Below are positions 38,579-38,795 of a stretch of 38,795 bases of DNA, piece after piece. This DNA comes from Parachlamydiales bacterium (lineage in GTDB: Bacteria > Chlamydiota > Chlamydiia > Chlamydiales > Parachlamydiaceae). The first letter of the stretch is position 1, and each line of letters starts with the position of its first letter. Made by a program: the position numbers and the translations under genes. The notes under the pieces are model-generated. The model was not told where the DNA came from, made no database searches, and saw only the letters and a list, made by a program, of their open reading frames with translations. Location: contig JAGVJP010000107.1 of NCBI GenBank assembly GCA_020051075.1, forward strand, positions 1-38,795. Direction: 5' to 3'.

Positions 38579-38795
38579 TTAAAACGATTCCATCATATAT
38601 ACCAGATTAAACTTATTCAAAAATAGGTGTTCAATGTCAATAACCTGGTATAACAAATCTCTAAGGTCAATCGTTTGGCTGCTTTTTCTTCTCATACTCT
38701 CATGTTCCGGAAAAGAGATTGCTGCCGAAGAATATGGCGGCGCCCAAGAGGTGACGGCGACCGAATGCATGCCTTCAAGCCTCGTCAACCAGGCC
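38579..38795 (-). CDS. 3' end of an unidentified gene running in from beyond the window
   Basis: The only minus-strand frame open from the window edge to TAA at 38579; no diagnostic motif. Confidence 0.4.
   Translation of the reverse strand, partial: AWLTRLEGMHSVAVTSWAPPYSSAAISFPEHESMRRKSSQTIDLRDLLYQVIDIEHLFLNKFNLVYMMESF

Noticed and set aside
38579..38795. C-terminus of a LanB dehydratase (IEHLFLNKF loosely resembles HMxxNRL)
   Set aside because: Similarity is too weak and the expected downstream helix is missing; needs sequence beyond the window.

Overview
Bacterial chromosomal window, most likely from an environmental chlamydia (Parachlamydiales-like; inferred from the chlamydial-type RpoD, a UPF0242/CT616-like neighbour and a bare sufBCDS operon). 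In order: the 3' end of an Rhs polymorphic toxin followed by a putative immunity array (two paralogous two-domain genes, a gene relic and a third acidic gene); a TolC-MFP-RND efflux operon; an accessory cluster around suhB (a small, probably deleted gene, an AAA-PD-(D/E)XK gene, a Schlafen/AlbA_2 gene and an ATPase-DUF234-like gene, two of them with palindromic operator-like sites); sufBCDS; a surface-polysaccharide locus (GT2, Wzc-like pseudokinase, Wza, Wzy-like, Wzt, Wzm); LysR plus a Bcr/CflA MFS transporter; UPF0242; CoiA; rpoD; and a stand-alone LanC. Intergenic spaces carry two dispersed palindromic repeat families plus two single-copy long hairpins, including a ~165 bp near-perfect palindrome just upstream of rpoD. 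No rRNA, tRNA, transposase or CRISPR-cas was recognised. Family assignments come from motif recognition by eye, not database searches.
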